A stretch of 64,000 nt of DNA from an uncultured Chloroflexia bacterium (GTDB lineage: Bacteria > Chloroflexota > Chloroflexia > Thermomicrobiales > UBA6265), in the NCBI GenBank assembly GCA_963724285.1, contig CAVRUD010000016.1, positions 21,676 through 85,675 on the forward strand, given 5' to 3'. The number at the start of each line of letters is the position of its first letter. Position 1 is the stretch's first letter. The notes beneath the pieces were generated by a model. The model was not told the origin of the DNA and made no database searches. It worked only from the letters and a program-made list of their open reading frames with translations. The translations under genes were made by a program, and so were the position numbers. Positions 19,903 through 29,112 of the stretch are shown in pieces.

Positions 19903-20304
19903 ATGGCCCCCTGGCAAATCGTCCTCGTCGCCGCCCTTGTCGTGATCGTCGGCGCCGCGGCCACCCTCCTGGTGTGGCTGCGCCGCTCGGCGCTGACGCC
20001 GACCGAAGCGGCGGCGGAACTGCGCACGCTGGGAGTCGAACTCGCCCGCTTACCCGGTCGTCTCCGAGGCGTTGCCGCCGATCCCCGCACGCCCCGCCGG
20101 GCCCGCTGGTGGCTGATCGGGCTCGCGATCTACATCGCCAGCCCGATCGACCCAATCCCCGACTTTCTGCCCGGAATCGGTCACCTGGACGAGATAATCC
20201 TGGTGCCAATCATCCTCCGGCATATCCGCGCGATGATCCCTGACGAGGTCTGGAACGAACACATGACCCGTCGGAATCGGGAGCCCGACGGACAGCCGTC
20301 ATAG
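19903..20304 (+). CDS. DUF1232 (YkvA family) membrane protein
   Basis: YIASPIDPIPDFLPGIGHLDEIILVPIIL. Confidence 0.8.
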   Translation: MAPWQIVLVAALVVIVGAAATLLVWLRRSALTPTEAAAELRTLGVELARLPGRLRGVAADPRTPRRARWWLIGLAIYIASPIDPIPDFLPGIGHLDEIILVPIILRHIRAMIPDEVWNEHMTRRNREPDGQPS

Positions 20305-21355
20305 CGCAGCAACCTTCGTGGACACCGTGCTCAGTCCCGCATCGGCCACTGTCCTTCAGCCCAGGACTTCCAGTCTCGGGCGGCCCGGAAATGCGACCAC
20401 CCTCTTGGACCGATGCTTTAGAGCGCCTATCAAGACCGTCGGGCGCCGCGCCGGTGGGCCCAGTCCCGGCGGGACGTCGTCGGTTCAGCGCCAGGTTGCA
20501 ACCCGGCGTCCGCCGCCGCCGAGGGGGTTGATCAGAAGGTCTAAGAACTCCTAACGAATACCGCTCGATGGCGTTGACGCAGATGAGCGAGCAGCCGAGG
20601 GAAAGGAACGCCTCGTGGACGTCTTGGCGACGCTCGTAGCGGATGGTCAGGCGGCGGCAGTGGTTGAGCCACGCGAAGGTGCGCTCGACCACCCAGCGGT
20701 GGCGGCCGAGGCGGTCGCTGGAGTCCACCCCCTTGCGGGCGATCCGGACCTTGATGCGCCGCTTGGTGAGCGCGCGCCGGCAGCGCGGCGCGTCGTAGGC
20801 CTTGTCGGCGTGCAGCTTCGTCGGGCGCCTGCGGCGCCGGCCGGAGGGGCGAGCGATCGGCGGGATGGCGTCGACCACCTCCTCGAATGGGACGCTGTCG
20901 TGGCGGTTGGCGCCGGTCAGGCGGACGGCGAGCGGGGTGCCGCGGCGGTCGACCACAAGGTGGCGCTTCGTGCCCGGTTTGCCGCGATTCGTCGGATCCG
21001 GGCCGGTCGCATCGCCCCCTTTTTGGCGGGGATGGTGGCCGAATCGAGGCAGGCCCGCTCCCGGTCGATCCGGTCGGCTTCCCCCAGGCGGTCCAGGCAG
21101 CGCCCGGTGGAGGCGGTCCCACACCCCGGCCGCCTGCCAGTCGCGCAGCCGCCGCCAGCAGGTCATGCCGCTGCCGCAGCCGAGCTCTTGGGGCAGCATC
21201 TCCCACGGGAGGCCCGAGCGCAGCACGGAGAGGATCCCGGTCAGGCAGGCCCGGTCGGGGACGCGCGGGCGGCCGCCCTTGGGCTTCGGCGGCTCCGGCG
21301 GCAACAACGGTTCGATCGCGTCCCACAGGTCGTCGCTCACGAGTGGCTTGCTCAT
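20210..21355 (-). CDS. IS5-family DDE transposase; the ORF reads through the IS end and contains a compensated out-of-frame patch
   Basis: MSKPLVSDDLWDAIEPLLPPEPPKPKGGRPR...GMTCWRRLRDWQAAGVWDRL...NRGKPGTKRHLVVD...HADKAYD...RWVVERTFAWL. Family-like sequence ends near 20560. The patch at 21018-21098 reads LLDRLGEADRIDRERACLDSATIPAKKGG in another frame. Confidence 0.8.
   Translation of the reverse strand: MSKPLVSDDLWDAIEPLLPPEPPKPKGGRPRVPDRACLTGILSVLRSGLPWEMLPQELGCGSGMTCWRRLRDWQAAGVWDRLHRALPGPPGGSRPDRPGAGLPRFGHHPRQKGGDATGPDPTNRGKPGTKRHLVVDRRGTPLAVRLTGANRHDSVPFEEVVDAIPPIARPSGRRRRRPTKLHADKAYDAPRCRRALTKRRIKVRIARKGVDSSDRLGRHRWVVERTFAWLNHCRRLTIRYERRQDVHEAFLSLGCSLICVNAIERYSLGVLRPSDQPPRRRRTPGCNLALNRRRPAGTGPTGAAPDGLDRRSKASVQEGGRISGPPETGSPGLKDSGRCGTEHGVHEGCCAMTAVRRAPDSDGSCVRSRPRQGSSRGYAGG
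20421..20541. mobile_element. MITE related to the adjacent IS5-family element (copy 1)
   Basis: Ends GAGCGCCTATCAAGACC...GGTTGATCAGAAGGTC, flanked by TTA (20418-20420) and TAA (20542-20544). Confidence 0.5.
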
Positions 21356-21401
21356 GGCGCACCCCGCCGCAAGCCCGGTTCCATGGTTTTGTTAGAAGGT
21401 C
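20545..21401 (-). mobile_element. IS5-family insertion sequence (857 bp)
   Basis: Imperfect IRs GAACTCCTAACGAATACC (20545-20562) and GGTTTTGTTAGAAGGTC (21385-21401), flanked by TAA and TTA. Contains the transposase ORF. Confidence 0.7.
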
Positions 21402-22239
21402 TTATTCCCGGGGGGTAGCTTCGCGGGTTGTACCGTCTGGCGATGAACCCGGTCGCCTTGTCCAGGTCGAGGTCGTAGACGAGGAGTTGCACTTCGCCAT
21501 ACGGGACATGGGCCAGGAGGTCTCCCTCTGGGCCGATCACGCTGGTGGCCGATTCCTGGTAGCGGAACTGGTAGTTGACGCTGGCGAAATAGACCGTGTT
21601 CTCGATGCTGCGCATCAGCATCGCCTTCTCGTAATACGGACCATCCGGGTCGCCCCAGCGGGTCAGCGTCGGGCCGGTCACATCGCTGCCGGTCAGTTGC
21701 GGGTGAAAAACCACCTTCGCGCCCCGGGCAGCCGGCCAGCGGACGCTCTCCGGATAGCGCCAGCCTTCGTGGCAGATCGTGACCCCAAACGGGATGCCAT
21801 CAACCTCGAACAGCCGCCGGCTGCCTTCGGCCACGTAGTGCGGCTCCTCTTCGCGCGGGATCTGGTTCTTCGGCTGAAAGCCCTCGACCACGCCATCGCG
21901 GGAGATCACGAACGCAACGTTGTGCAGCCCCTTCGGCGTTTCCCACTCCATCCCGACGACCACCGCCACGCCGTGGCGCTCGGCCCCGGCGCGAATCTCC
22001 TCCAGGGCCGCTTCCTGGCGAGACTGATCGACCGGGGGGACCGGAAAGTCCATCCCGCGCAGGCCGGGGATGTAGGTCTCCGGGAAGCAGACGATCGCGA
22101 CATCCTTCGCCGCCGCCTCAGCCAACACGCGGCCGGCGGTCCGCAACCGCTCCTCGACCGTCGGCGCATTCGGCACCGCCGCCAGCCCGATACGCAGGGT
22201 TTGCAGGGTTTTGCCCGCCGTGCCTTGTTCCATCACCAC
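21352..22239 (-). CDS. carbon-nitrogen hydrolase (nitrilase superfamily); 3' end replaced by IS sequence
   Basis: VCFPETYIPG...VVVGMEWE...FGVTICHEGWRYPE. The last 17 codons lie inside the IS right end. Confidence 0.8.
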   Translation of the reverse strand: MVMEQGTAGKTLQTLRIGLAAVPNAPTVEERLRTAGRVLAEAAAKDVAIVCFPETYIPGLRGMDFPVPPVDQSRQEAALEEIRAGAERHGVAVVVGMEWETPKGLHNVAFVISRDGVVEGFQPKNQIPREEEPHYVAEGSRRLFEVDGIPFGVTICHEGWRYPESVRWPAARGAKVVFHPQLTGSDVTGPTLTRWGDPDGPYYEKAMLMRSIENTVYFASVNYQFRYQESATSVIGPEGDLLAHVPYGEVQLLVYDLDLDKATGFIARRYNPRSYPPGIRPSNKTMEPGLRRGAP

Positions 22240-22339
22240 GCCCCTTGGTTGGGTGCCACGACCCCACGGTTTGCCTTTGCTGGCGCCGATTCTCGCACGT
22301 CAACCGATCGGTTCAATCTGGCGGGTCGCCCAAAATCAC

Positions 22340-23521
22340 CTAGAAGTGATCCGGCATCCACGGAGCAGGGCCGGCGAACAACGTCGTCAGGAGGTCCAGG
22401 TCGTCGTCGGGTCCCTTAAGGTACCCGGCGGTCCGCAGCGCCGCCGAAGACAGGTAGCCCGAATACAGCGCCGACAGACCACGGACGTCGACGACCACCG
22501 TACCCTTACCGCCCGGGCTGACCTCGCCGCGGCCGCCGGCGACCGAGAGAATCACCGGGCCGTCGTTCGCCGGCAGCATGTCGTCGAGCACGGCCAGGTG
22601 GACCTCGCCGCTGGCGCCCGTCGGGTAGCCCCGCGCCGCCAGCGCGGCGGGAACATCGAGCATCCTGAGCATCCATTGTTGGAAATACGGCACGGAGTAA
22701 TCCTGCTCGGTGACCAGGAGTAAGAGCGGATCGGCGGCCGGACCTTCCCAGTCCAGATGGTCGGCTACGCGGCGATGCCCGCCGAGAAACGAGAGCAGTT
22801 GCCGGCCGGCATCGGGCGTGACCGCGACGAGATCCCGGACATTGATCACCTTGCCGGGATCATTGGGCCGGCGTCGTTGGCTATAGAGGACGTACCCCTC
22901 GGCCACGCCGTCTCGCTCGACCATATACGCGCTGACCGGCGGTCGCTCGCGCAGCTTCCACTCCCAAATCACCGGATGGCGATCGAGATTGCCGTTCGTC
23001 TGCCGGGCCCGTTCCGTGTACAGCCGGTGCATCTCCGGCTCGTCCTCGGGCATCGCCACCCGGACGACCAGCCGTTGCTCGCGGGTCGGCAGGGAGGACA
23101 CCGGAAACCGATAGGAGACGGAGTGGCCGGCCTGCTCGTAGCCCATTTTCCGGTAGATCGTCTGGGTGGAGGCGTAGAGGACGCTGAGGGCGACGCCATC
23201 GGCCCGCATCTCCTCCATCGCCGAGCGCATCATGTACGATGCCACGCCGCTGCCCCGGTACTCCGGCGCGACGACTACGCCAACGATGCCGCTCATCGGC
23301 ACGCTGCGGCCGCCGAACCACTGGCCCATCCGCAACATGCCCATCCCCGCCGCAATCTGCCCTCCGGCGCGCACCACCCGGAAGCTCTCCAGCCCCGACT
23401 GCTTTTGCCAGGTGGTGTCGTGCTGCGCCGTCGGGTTCTCGGAGAATGCGTGGTCCAGGAGGGCGGCATATGGGACCAGGTCGGTCTCCGTGATCGGCCC
23501 GTACTCGTACGACCGCTGCAT
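22340..23521 (-). CDS. GNAT acetyltransferase with sterol-carrier-like C-terminal domain (Eis-like)
   Basis: GIVGVVVAPEYRGSGVASYMMRSAMEEM plus a long C-terminal domain ending PWMPDHF. Confidence 0.75.
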   Translation of the reverse strand: MQRSYEYGPITETDLVPYAALLDHAFSENPTAQHDTTWQKQSGLESFRVVRAGGQIAAGMGMLRMGQWFGGRSVPMSGIVGVVVAPEYRGSGVASYMMRSAMEEMRADGVALSVLYASTQTIYRKMGYEQAGHSVSYRFPVSSLPTREQRLVVRVAMPEDEPEMHRLYTERARQTNGNLDRHPVIWEWKLRERPPVSAYMVERDGVAEGYVLYSQRRRPNDPGKVINVRDLVAVTPDAGRQLLSFLGGHRRVADHLDWEGPAADPLLLLVTEQDYSVPYFQQWMLRMLDVPAALAARGYPTGASGEVHLAVLDDMLPANDGPVILSVAGGRGEVSPGGKGTVVVDVRGLSALYSGYLSSAALRTAGYLKGPDDDLDLLTTLFAGPAPWMPDHF

Positions 23522-23700
23522 CGTGCGTAGCCTCCTGCTCCCCGGAATCGCCAATAGTCAACGATGTTCGTCTGTCAGAACGTCGCAATGCCGAACCACT
23601 CACAGGGTGAGACGCGCGGGACGCACCCGCGTCATACCTTCGACTGGTTGCGGCCCGCCACGCAGTTGTGCCGTCGCGGTTGTCAAGGGGGCGTGGTCGC

Positions 23701-24357
23701 CTAGCGAGCGACCACGCAGGTGTACGTAGAGTAGATCGAGCCGTTGTGCTTGACGTCCTGGATGATGAACCCGGCCCGTTCCAGCATCGGCTCCAGCAGC
23801 CAGCTGAAGGTGCTGTGCTCCTCGCGGAGGTGGGTCTCCAGCTCTGCCCGCGTCCAGCCGCTTCCCGGGGAAGAGGCCGCGCCCGACAGCCATTGTTCGA
23901 CGATCTGATCGGTCTCGCCCGGCTCGAAGGAATAGATCAGGTCGCGGAGGAACAGGACGCCGCCGGGCGCCAGGATCCCGGCGATCCGCTCCAGCGCGAT
24001 CGCCTTCCAAAAGTCGGGGAGGTGGTGCAGGGCGTGGCGAGTGTAGACGAAGTCGACCGGATCGCCGCGGTGATTGTACGAGAGGAATCCGGCGTGGACG
24101 ACATCGAGGTTCGGAATGTTCGACCGCTTGCGCTTCTCGGCCAGTACGGCCAACATCTCCTGCGAGACATCGACCGCGATCACCCGCTTGCAGTACGGCG
24201 CGGCGGCGAGGGCGAAGGTGCCGGTGCCCGCGCCCAGATCGACGAGCGTGTGCGATTTGCTCAGGCCGAGGCCTTGCAGTTCGGCCAGATCTTCCTGGGG
24301 GTTCGTCCCGGCCTTCTGGTCATAGGTTGGGACGTATCCAGGGTCAAAGTGCTCCAT
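23701..24357 (-). CDS. class I SAM-dependent methyltransferase
   Basis: LVDLGAGTGTFALAAAPYCKRVIAVDVSQEML...LAPGGVLFLRD. The start is uncertain (24357 or 24402). Confidence 0.75.
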   Translation of the reverse strand: MEHFDPGYVPTYDQKAGTNPQEDLAELQGLGLSKSHTLVDLGAGTGTFALAAAPYCKRVIAVDVSQEMLAVLAEKRKRSNIPNLDVVHAGFLSYNHRGDPVDFVYTRHALHHLPDFWKAIALERIAGILAPGGVLFLRDLIYSFEPGETDQIVEQWLSGAASSPGSGWTRAELETHLREEHSTFSWLLEPMLERAGFIIQDVKHNGSIYSTYTCVVAR

Positions 24358-24621
24358 GCCAGCATGGGCCACCTCGTCGATATACCAGCGGGGTCTCTCC
24401 ACGCGCTCCTTGCTCCTCTTCGCGCCGCCTATCCCGAGCCACACGCCGGGATGGGCGGACCGGGCCGCTGGGCAGGAATGACGGCAAACCCATCGCTCCC
24501 CCACTCCGATGCGCCCCGATACGTCCTTAGCCTACCATCTAGGCGAGCGCGTCCGACCGCGCCCCGGCCTAACACCGGCCTTTGTGATGCGGTTGTCTGG
24601 GAAGGCGAAAGGAGTTCCGCG

Positions 24622-24972
24622 ATGACGACGCTCCCGACAATTGACCGAGCAATTCGACCGACAGTCGCGCGGATCTGGCGGGGAAGGACGCCCCGCGCCC
24701 GGGCGGACGAGTACGCCGCCTATCTCTACGAGCACGGCATCAAGCCCCTGGAAGAGAAGGCGCTCGGGGTGCTCTCCCTCCGCGAGGACCGCGAAACCGA
24801 GAGCGAGTTCATCACCATCTCCTTCTGGGCGGACATCCCCGCGATGTCCGTCTTTGCCGGCGACGACCCGACCCGGATCCACCACCTGGACCGCGACCCC
24901 GAATTCCTGATCGAACTCCCGGAGCGCGTCCAGATCCTCCAGATCGTCGGCAGCCACGGGCAAACGGGCTAG
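24622..24972 (+). CDS. small ABM (antibiotic biosynthesis monooxygenase)-like protein
   Basis: AAAGGAG lies 8 nt upstream of the ATG. ARIWRGRTPRARADEYAAYL...FITISFWADIPAMSVFAGDD. Confidence 0.55.
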   Translation: MTTLPTIDRAIRPTVARIWRGRTPRARADEYAAYLYEHGIKPLEEKALGVLSLREDRETESEFITISFWADIPAMSVFAGDDPTRIHHLDRDPEFLIELPERVQILQIVGSHGQTG

Positions 24973-25041
24973 GCCGGCAAATCACGAGACTGACCCTGGT
25001 GGCCAACCATGGCGTCAATTACCGCAAAGGCGTAACCCGGT

Positions 25042-25162
25042 GTAGGGGCAGACCGATGTGTCTGGCCCCCGGCGCCCGCCAACGCGGTTCGCATCGAGAA
25101 CGCGTCTCGAGACCGAAACGCCGCGTCTGCGTGGCCGGGCAGACACACCGGTCTGCCCCTAC
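25042..25162. repeat. REPIN-like inverted doublet of GTAG-headed hairpins
   Basis: GTAGGGGCAGACCGATGTGTCTGGCCC at 25042-25068 and GGGCAGACACACCGGTCTGCCCCTAC at 25137-25162. Confidence 0.7.
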
Positions 25163-25199
25163 AACGGTTTCCGGCATGTCCAATGTTCGCCCGTTGGCC

Positions 25200-27179
25200 C
25201 TACCGTTCCGGAACGGTCCCGCCGTCGGCAGAGTCAATGGTAAGTTCGACCAACACCTCGTTTGCGCCGACCTGGGCGTCGACGGTGCAGGCTACCCGGT
25301 CGACGGTACCGGCGGCGGGCGCTTCACAGGCGAGTTCCATCTTCATCGCGCCGAGGGTTACGAGGGGCTGCCCCGCGGCAACGCGGTCGCCGGAGGCCGC
25401 ATGGATCGCCAGCACCCGGCCCGGCATCGGCGCTCGGACCCGCCCGTCGTGGGCCTGCGTCCGCTCCATCTGAGCGGCCACACGACGTCCGCCCGCCCGG
25501 ATGACCCAGCAGCCACCGGCACCCGCGATCTCCATCCCATCGTCGCGCTCGATCACGGCCATGCGGGCGACATCGGCCCCGGCCGCAATCGTCCAGACGC
25601 CGGCGGCATCGCGCCACCACCGCAACGGCACCGGCCCGGACGCCGTCTCGATTTCCCAACCGGCGCCGCGGCGGCGGAGCGTGACCCGCGCCTCCCAATC
25701 GTCGCCGTGAAAGGTGAGGGCGGCGTCGCCGGAGAGCCGAAACGGACCGATCGCCGACCAGGGATCGCGGGCGGTCTCCTGACCGCGATCGAGGGTCCGC
25801 GCCACTGCCGCCAGCAATGCCGGGGCGCGGTCCGGCACGGACGGAAGAATGGTCCCGGCTGTCTGGGTTGTTGCCTGACCGAGTTGGGTCTGCGGCGCGT
25901 CGAGGAGATCGATCAGCCAGGAGACGTTCGTCGCGACCCCGGCGATCACGGTCTCACGCAGGGCCAGCCGGAGCGCGGCGAGCGCGCTCGGACGATCCGA
26001 GCCGCTCGCGACGACCTTGGCCAGCATCGCGTCGTAGGTCGAAGGCACGGTATCGCCGCTGGCGTACCCGGCATCGACCCGGATGTCCGGGCGCAAAGGC
26101 CAGGAGACGATCTCCAGGCGGCCGGTGACCGGAAAGAATCCCTTTGAAGGATCCTCGGCGTAGATTCGCGCTTCGATCGCATGACCCCGCGGTGTCGGAG
26201 GGCTGTTCAGGTCCGGCAACCCGTCCGTCGCGATGGCCAGCTGCAATTCGACCAGATCCAGGCCGGTGACCGCTTCAGTCACCGGGTGCTCGACCTGGAT
26301 CCGGGGATTGATCTCGAGGAAGGCCAGTGTGCCGTCACCGCCGAGCAGGAACTCGGCGGTCGCGATCCCGCGCAGCCCGACCTCCTTGCCGATCCTACGG
26401 GCATGCTCGTGCAGCGCGGCCCGGAGGCCGGCGGCGATATTCGGTGCGGGCGCTTCCTCGATCACCTTTTGGGCACGGCGCTGGAGGGAGCAGTCCCGGT
26501 CGCCGAGCGCAATCGCCCTCTTGCCGTCCCCCGCGATCTGGACCTCGACGTGGCGGGCGTCGACGAGCTCGCGTTCCAGGTAGACGGCGGTGCCGGCGCC
26601 CGCCGTCTGGCTCTCCCGGCGCGATGCCCGGATGCCCTCGACCAAATCCGCTTCTCCCTGGACCCGGCGCAATCCCCGGCCGCCGCCCGCGCCGGCCGGC
26701 TTGACCAGCAGGGGATACCCAACCTGGCGCCCGGCCGCGATCCACTCCTCGGGATCGTCGCCAAGTGGCGGGCTGCCTGCCAGTACCGGCGCGCCGGCCC
26801 GGACCGCCGCATCCCTGGTCGCCAGCTTGTCGCCGCAGAGGCGCAGGGTCTCCGCCGAGGGTCCAACAAAGGTGATCCCAGCCGCCGCACATGCCTCGGC
26901 CAGGTCCGCCCGCTCGCTCAGAAAGCCGTAGCCGGGATGAAGCAGGTCGGCGCCGGAACGAGTCGCCGCCGCGATCACACTGGGGACATCCAGCTCGCTG
27001 CCGGCCGCGCCGACGCGTTCGATGCGGCCGACCACGCGGGCCGCGTAGCCCTCCAGGTCGGGATCGCCCAGGAGGACGATCGGGATCGCGCCAAGGCGAC
27101 GGCAGGTCGCGGCGATCCGGACGGCGATCTCACCCCGATTCGCGATCGCGACACGCCGGCCGGATACCGTCGCCGTCAC
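25200..27179 (-). CDS. acyl-CoA carboxylase alpha subunit (biotin carboxylase + BCCP), methylcrotonyl-CoA carboxylase-like
   Basis: VAIANRGEIAVRIAATCRRLG...HPGYGFLSE... C-terminal GAMKME biotinylation motif. Confidence 0.85.
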   Translation of the reverse strand: MTATVSGRRVAIANRGEIAVRIAATCRRLGAIPIVLLGDPDLEGYAARVVGRIERVGAAGSELDVPSVIAAATRSGADLLHPGYGFLSERADLAEACAAAGITFVGPSAETLRLCGDKLATRDAAVRAGAPVLAGSPPLGDDPEEWIAAGRQVGYPLLVKPAGAGGGRGLRRVQGEADLVEGIRASRRESQTAGAGTAVYLERELVDARHVEVQIAGDGKRAIALGDRDCSLQRRAQKVIEEAPAPNIAAGLRAALHEHARRIGKEVGLRGIATAEFLLGGDGTLAFLEINPRIQVEHPVTEAVTGLDLVELQLAIATDGLPDLNSPPTPRGHAIEARIYAEDPSKGFFPVTGRLEIVSWPLRPDIRVDAGYASGDTVPSTYDAMLAKVVASGSDRPSALAALRLALRETVIAGVATNVSWLIDLLDAPQTQLGQATTQTAGTILPSVPDRAPALLAAVARTLDRGQETARDPWSAIGPFRLSGDAALTFHGDDWEARVTLRRRGAGWEIETASGPVPLRWWRDAAGVWTIAAGADVARMAVIERDDGMEIAGAGGCWVIRAGGRRVAAQMERTQAHDGRVRAPMPGRVLAIHAASGDRVAAGQPLVTLGAMKMELACEAPAAGTVDRVACTVDAQVGANEVLVELTIDSADGGTVPER

Positions 27180-28015
27180 GATTCCGCCCCGTCGGCCACG
27201 ACCCAGGCCGGCGAGCGCTTTTCCAGGAAGGCCGCCAGGCCCTCCCGGCCCTCGGCGCTGGCGAGCCGCTCGGCCAGCAGGTCGACCGTCGCGTTGCGAA
27301 TGACCGCCGGGCTCTTCCCGAGACTCTCCGGTAGGCGCTTGATCGTCGCCAGGGCGCCGGGAGCGCCGCGCAGGAGATCGGCAACCACGGCGTCGACGGA
27401 GGAATCGATCTCTCCCGCGGGGGCAACCTCATGCACGAGACCGATGCGCAGGGCAGTTTCGGCGTCGAAGGGCGCGGCGCGGAGGATCCGGGCCCGCGCC
27501 TCCCGGTTGCCGAGGGCGGCGTAGACGTACGGAGCGATCACGGCGGCGACCAAGCCGAGGCGGGCTTCGCTCAGGGCGAAGCGGGCATCGTCCGCCGCAA
27601 CCACGATGTCGGACGCGCAGATCAGGCCCAGGGCGCCGCCGAACGCCGCGCCGTGGACCAAGGCCACGATCGGTCGGGGGCAGGCGGCCATCGCGCCCAA
27701 AAGCCCGACGATTCCTTCGGCGTCGGAGCGTGCCAGGCCCTCCGCCGCGGACGAGGCGAACTCCCCGATATCGGCGCCCGCGCAGAACGCCGGCCCCTCG
27801 CCGGCAAGCACGACGACGCGGACGCCGTCGGAGGAGCCAGCTTCCTGAATGGCCCGATGCAGCAGCGCGACCAACCCGCGCGAGAGCGCATTGCGCCGAG
27901 CAGGACGATTCATCGTGATCCGGAGCACCGCGCCGCTTCGTTCGACGCGGACCGGCGATTCGTGACTGGCCTGACCCGTCGCGGGCGCCGTTGCCCGCTG
28001 TGCTGGGAGATTCAT
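27176..28015 (-). CDS. enoyl-CoA hydratase/isomerase family protein (methylglutaconyl-CoA hydratase-like)
   Basis: VVVLAGEGPAFCAGADIGEF. ATGA overlap with the carboxylase alpha subunit. Confidence 0.85.
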   Translation of the reverse strand: MNLPAQRATAPATGQASHESPVRVERSGAVLRITMNRPARRNALSRGLVALLHRAIQEAGSSDGVRVVVLAGEGPAFCAGADIGEFASSAAEGLARSDAEGIVGLLGAMAACPRPIVALVHGAAFGGALGLICASDIVVAADDARFALSEARLGLVAAVIAPYVYAALGNREARARILRAAPFDAETALRIGLVHEVAPAGEIDSSVDAVVADLLRGAPGALATIKRLPESLGKSPAVIRNATVDLLAERLASAEGREGLAAFLEKRSPAWVVADGAES

Positions 28016-28071
28016 GCCTCTGTTTGCCCCCTGTCGCCGGTCTCACATCGACCGGCCAATCCGGCGAACCC

Positions 28072-28087
28072 GGTACAGCGTTGTACC
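28072..28087. promoter_or_regulatory. 16-bp palindrome GGTACAGCGTTGTACC, candidate operator
   Basis: Perfect 6+6 palindrome about 57 bp upstream of the hydratase start. Confidence 0.25.
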
Positions 28088-28225
28088 AAATCTTGCGCGG
28101 TCGGACCGCGTTTCTACCAGCGGCCGCGCACGAAACCGGCCGCCCGATTGCTCGGGCGGCCAGCTCGCGCGTCGCGGTGCTATCGCTGTGGCGCATGGTT
28201 AGAGGGTTAGCGGTCTGAGATCCGC

Positions 28226-28552
28226 CTACTCGTAGGCGAGAAAATCTCCTGCCACCCAGGCGCCGCTAGACGCGGAGGTAATGTCCGGATTGCGGGGCTG
28301 CACCTGGTACCAAGTGAAGCCGTCGGCGTACTCGGGCTCGCCAGCGATGGTCAGGGCCATCCCACCAAAGAGTTCACCGGTGATCTCGCTGTCGAGTCCA
28401 GGAGCTCTACGAACGTTGGCGACATCGACGGCAACGACGACTTCGGCGCCATCGGGGAATCCGCTTTGCCCGGTCTGAGCCGAAGTGCCGTGCGGGACGG
28501 CGACAAGTACCCCGAGGAGCAGGGCAAAGAGGGCAAATCCGATACGGCGCAT
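28226..28552 (-). CDS. secreted SH3b-domain protein
   Basis: AAGGAGG SD. Signal peptide MRRIGFALFALLLGVLVAVPHGTSAQ. VDVANVRRAPGLDSEITGELFGG...FTWYQV. Confidence 0.75.
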   Translation of the reverse strand: MRRIGFALFALLLGVLVAVPHGTSAQTGQSGFPDGAEVVVAVDVANVRRAPGLDSEITGELFGGMALTIAGEPEYADGFTWYQVQPRNPDITSASSGAWVAGDFLAYE

Positions 28553-28881
28553 GGTGACCTCCTTCACGCGCGTGTGGCCAGTTGGGGGGGGGAATCCGGC
28601 GTTGGGTAGGGATTGCAGGAAGGGTCCCGCCGCCGGCCTGAAAAAGCGAAACGCGCTCCCAATCGGAACGCGCTTACCCCCTCCAACGAACACGACGACG
28701 AGCAGGTTCCGCCCAAGATGTAGCCCGAGTCATATCTCCCCGAAGAGTTCCCAATGATGCGGGAAAACGGCTTTCAGATCGGAAGGGCGTGCTCGATCTT
28801 GATCGCGCCAGTCGGCACACGGATCGACCTGAGAGGAGTACTGGCTCCGACCACGACGGGCTCTAGAAGACATGGTACGAT

Positions 28882-29112
28882 GTGGTCATGGTAGCCAAAG
28901 TGATCGAACTTTCGGACGAACTCCAACGAGAGATTGAGGAACTTTCTCGGCTGATGGGCCGGGACGAGGCTGATCTCGTGCGGGATGCGATCACAACATT
29001 TGTCCAAGCCCATCAGGTCCCTCGGCCCAAATCCGATGGCATCATCGATGACCCAGATCTCGACGCGCGGGATATCGACGAGTGGTTGGCCGCCAACTGG
29101 CGCCCTGAGTGA
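28882..29112 (+). CDS. vapB: ribbon-helix-helix antitoxin
   Basis: 76 aa with an RHH-like N-terminus and an acidic tail. A 4-nt overlap with vapC. Confidence 0.75.
   Translation: MVMVAKVIELSDELQREIEELSRLMGRDEADLVRDAITTFVQAHQVPRPKSDGIIDDPDLDARDIDEWLAANWRPE

Noticed and set aside
21015-21024. CCAAAAAGGGGG as a programmed ribosomal frameshift site in the transposase
   Set aside because: The zero frame has no stop, so no frameshift is needed to make a full-length product. The pattern is better explained as one member of a compensating indel pair.
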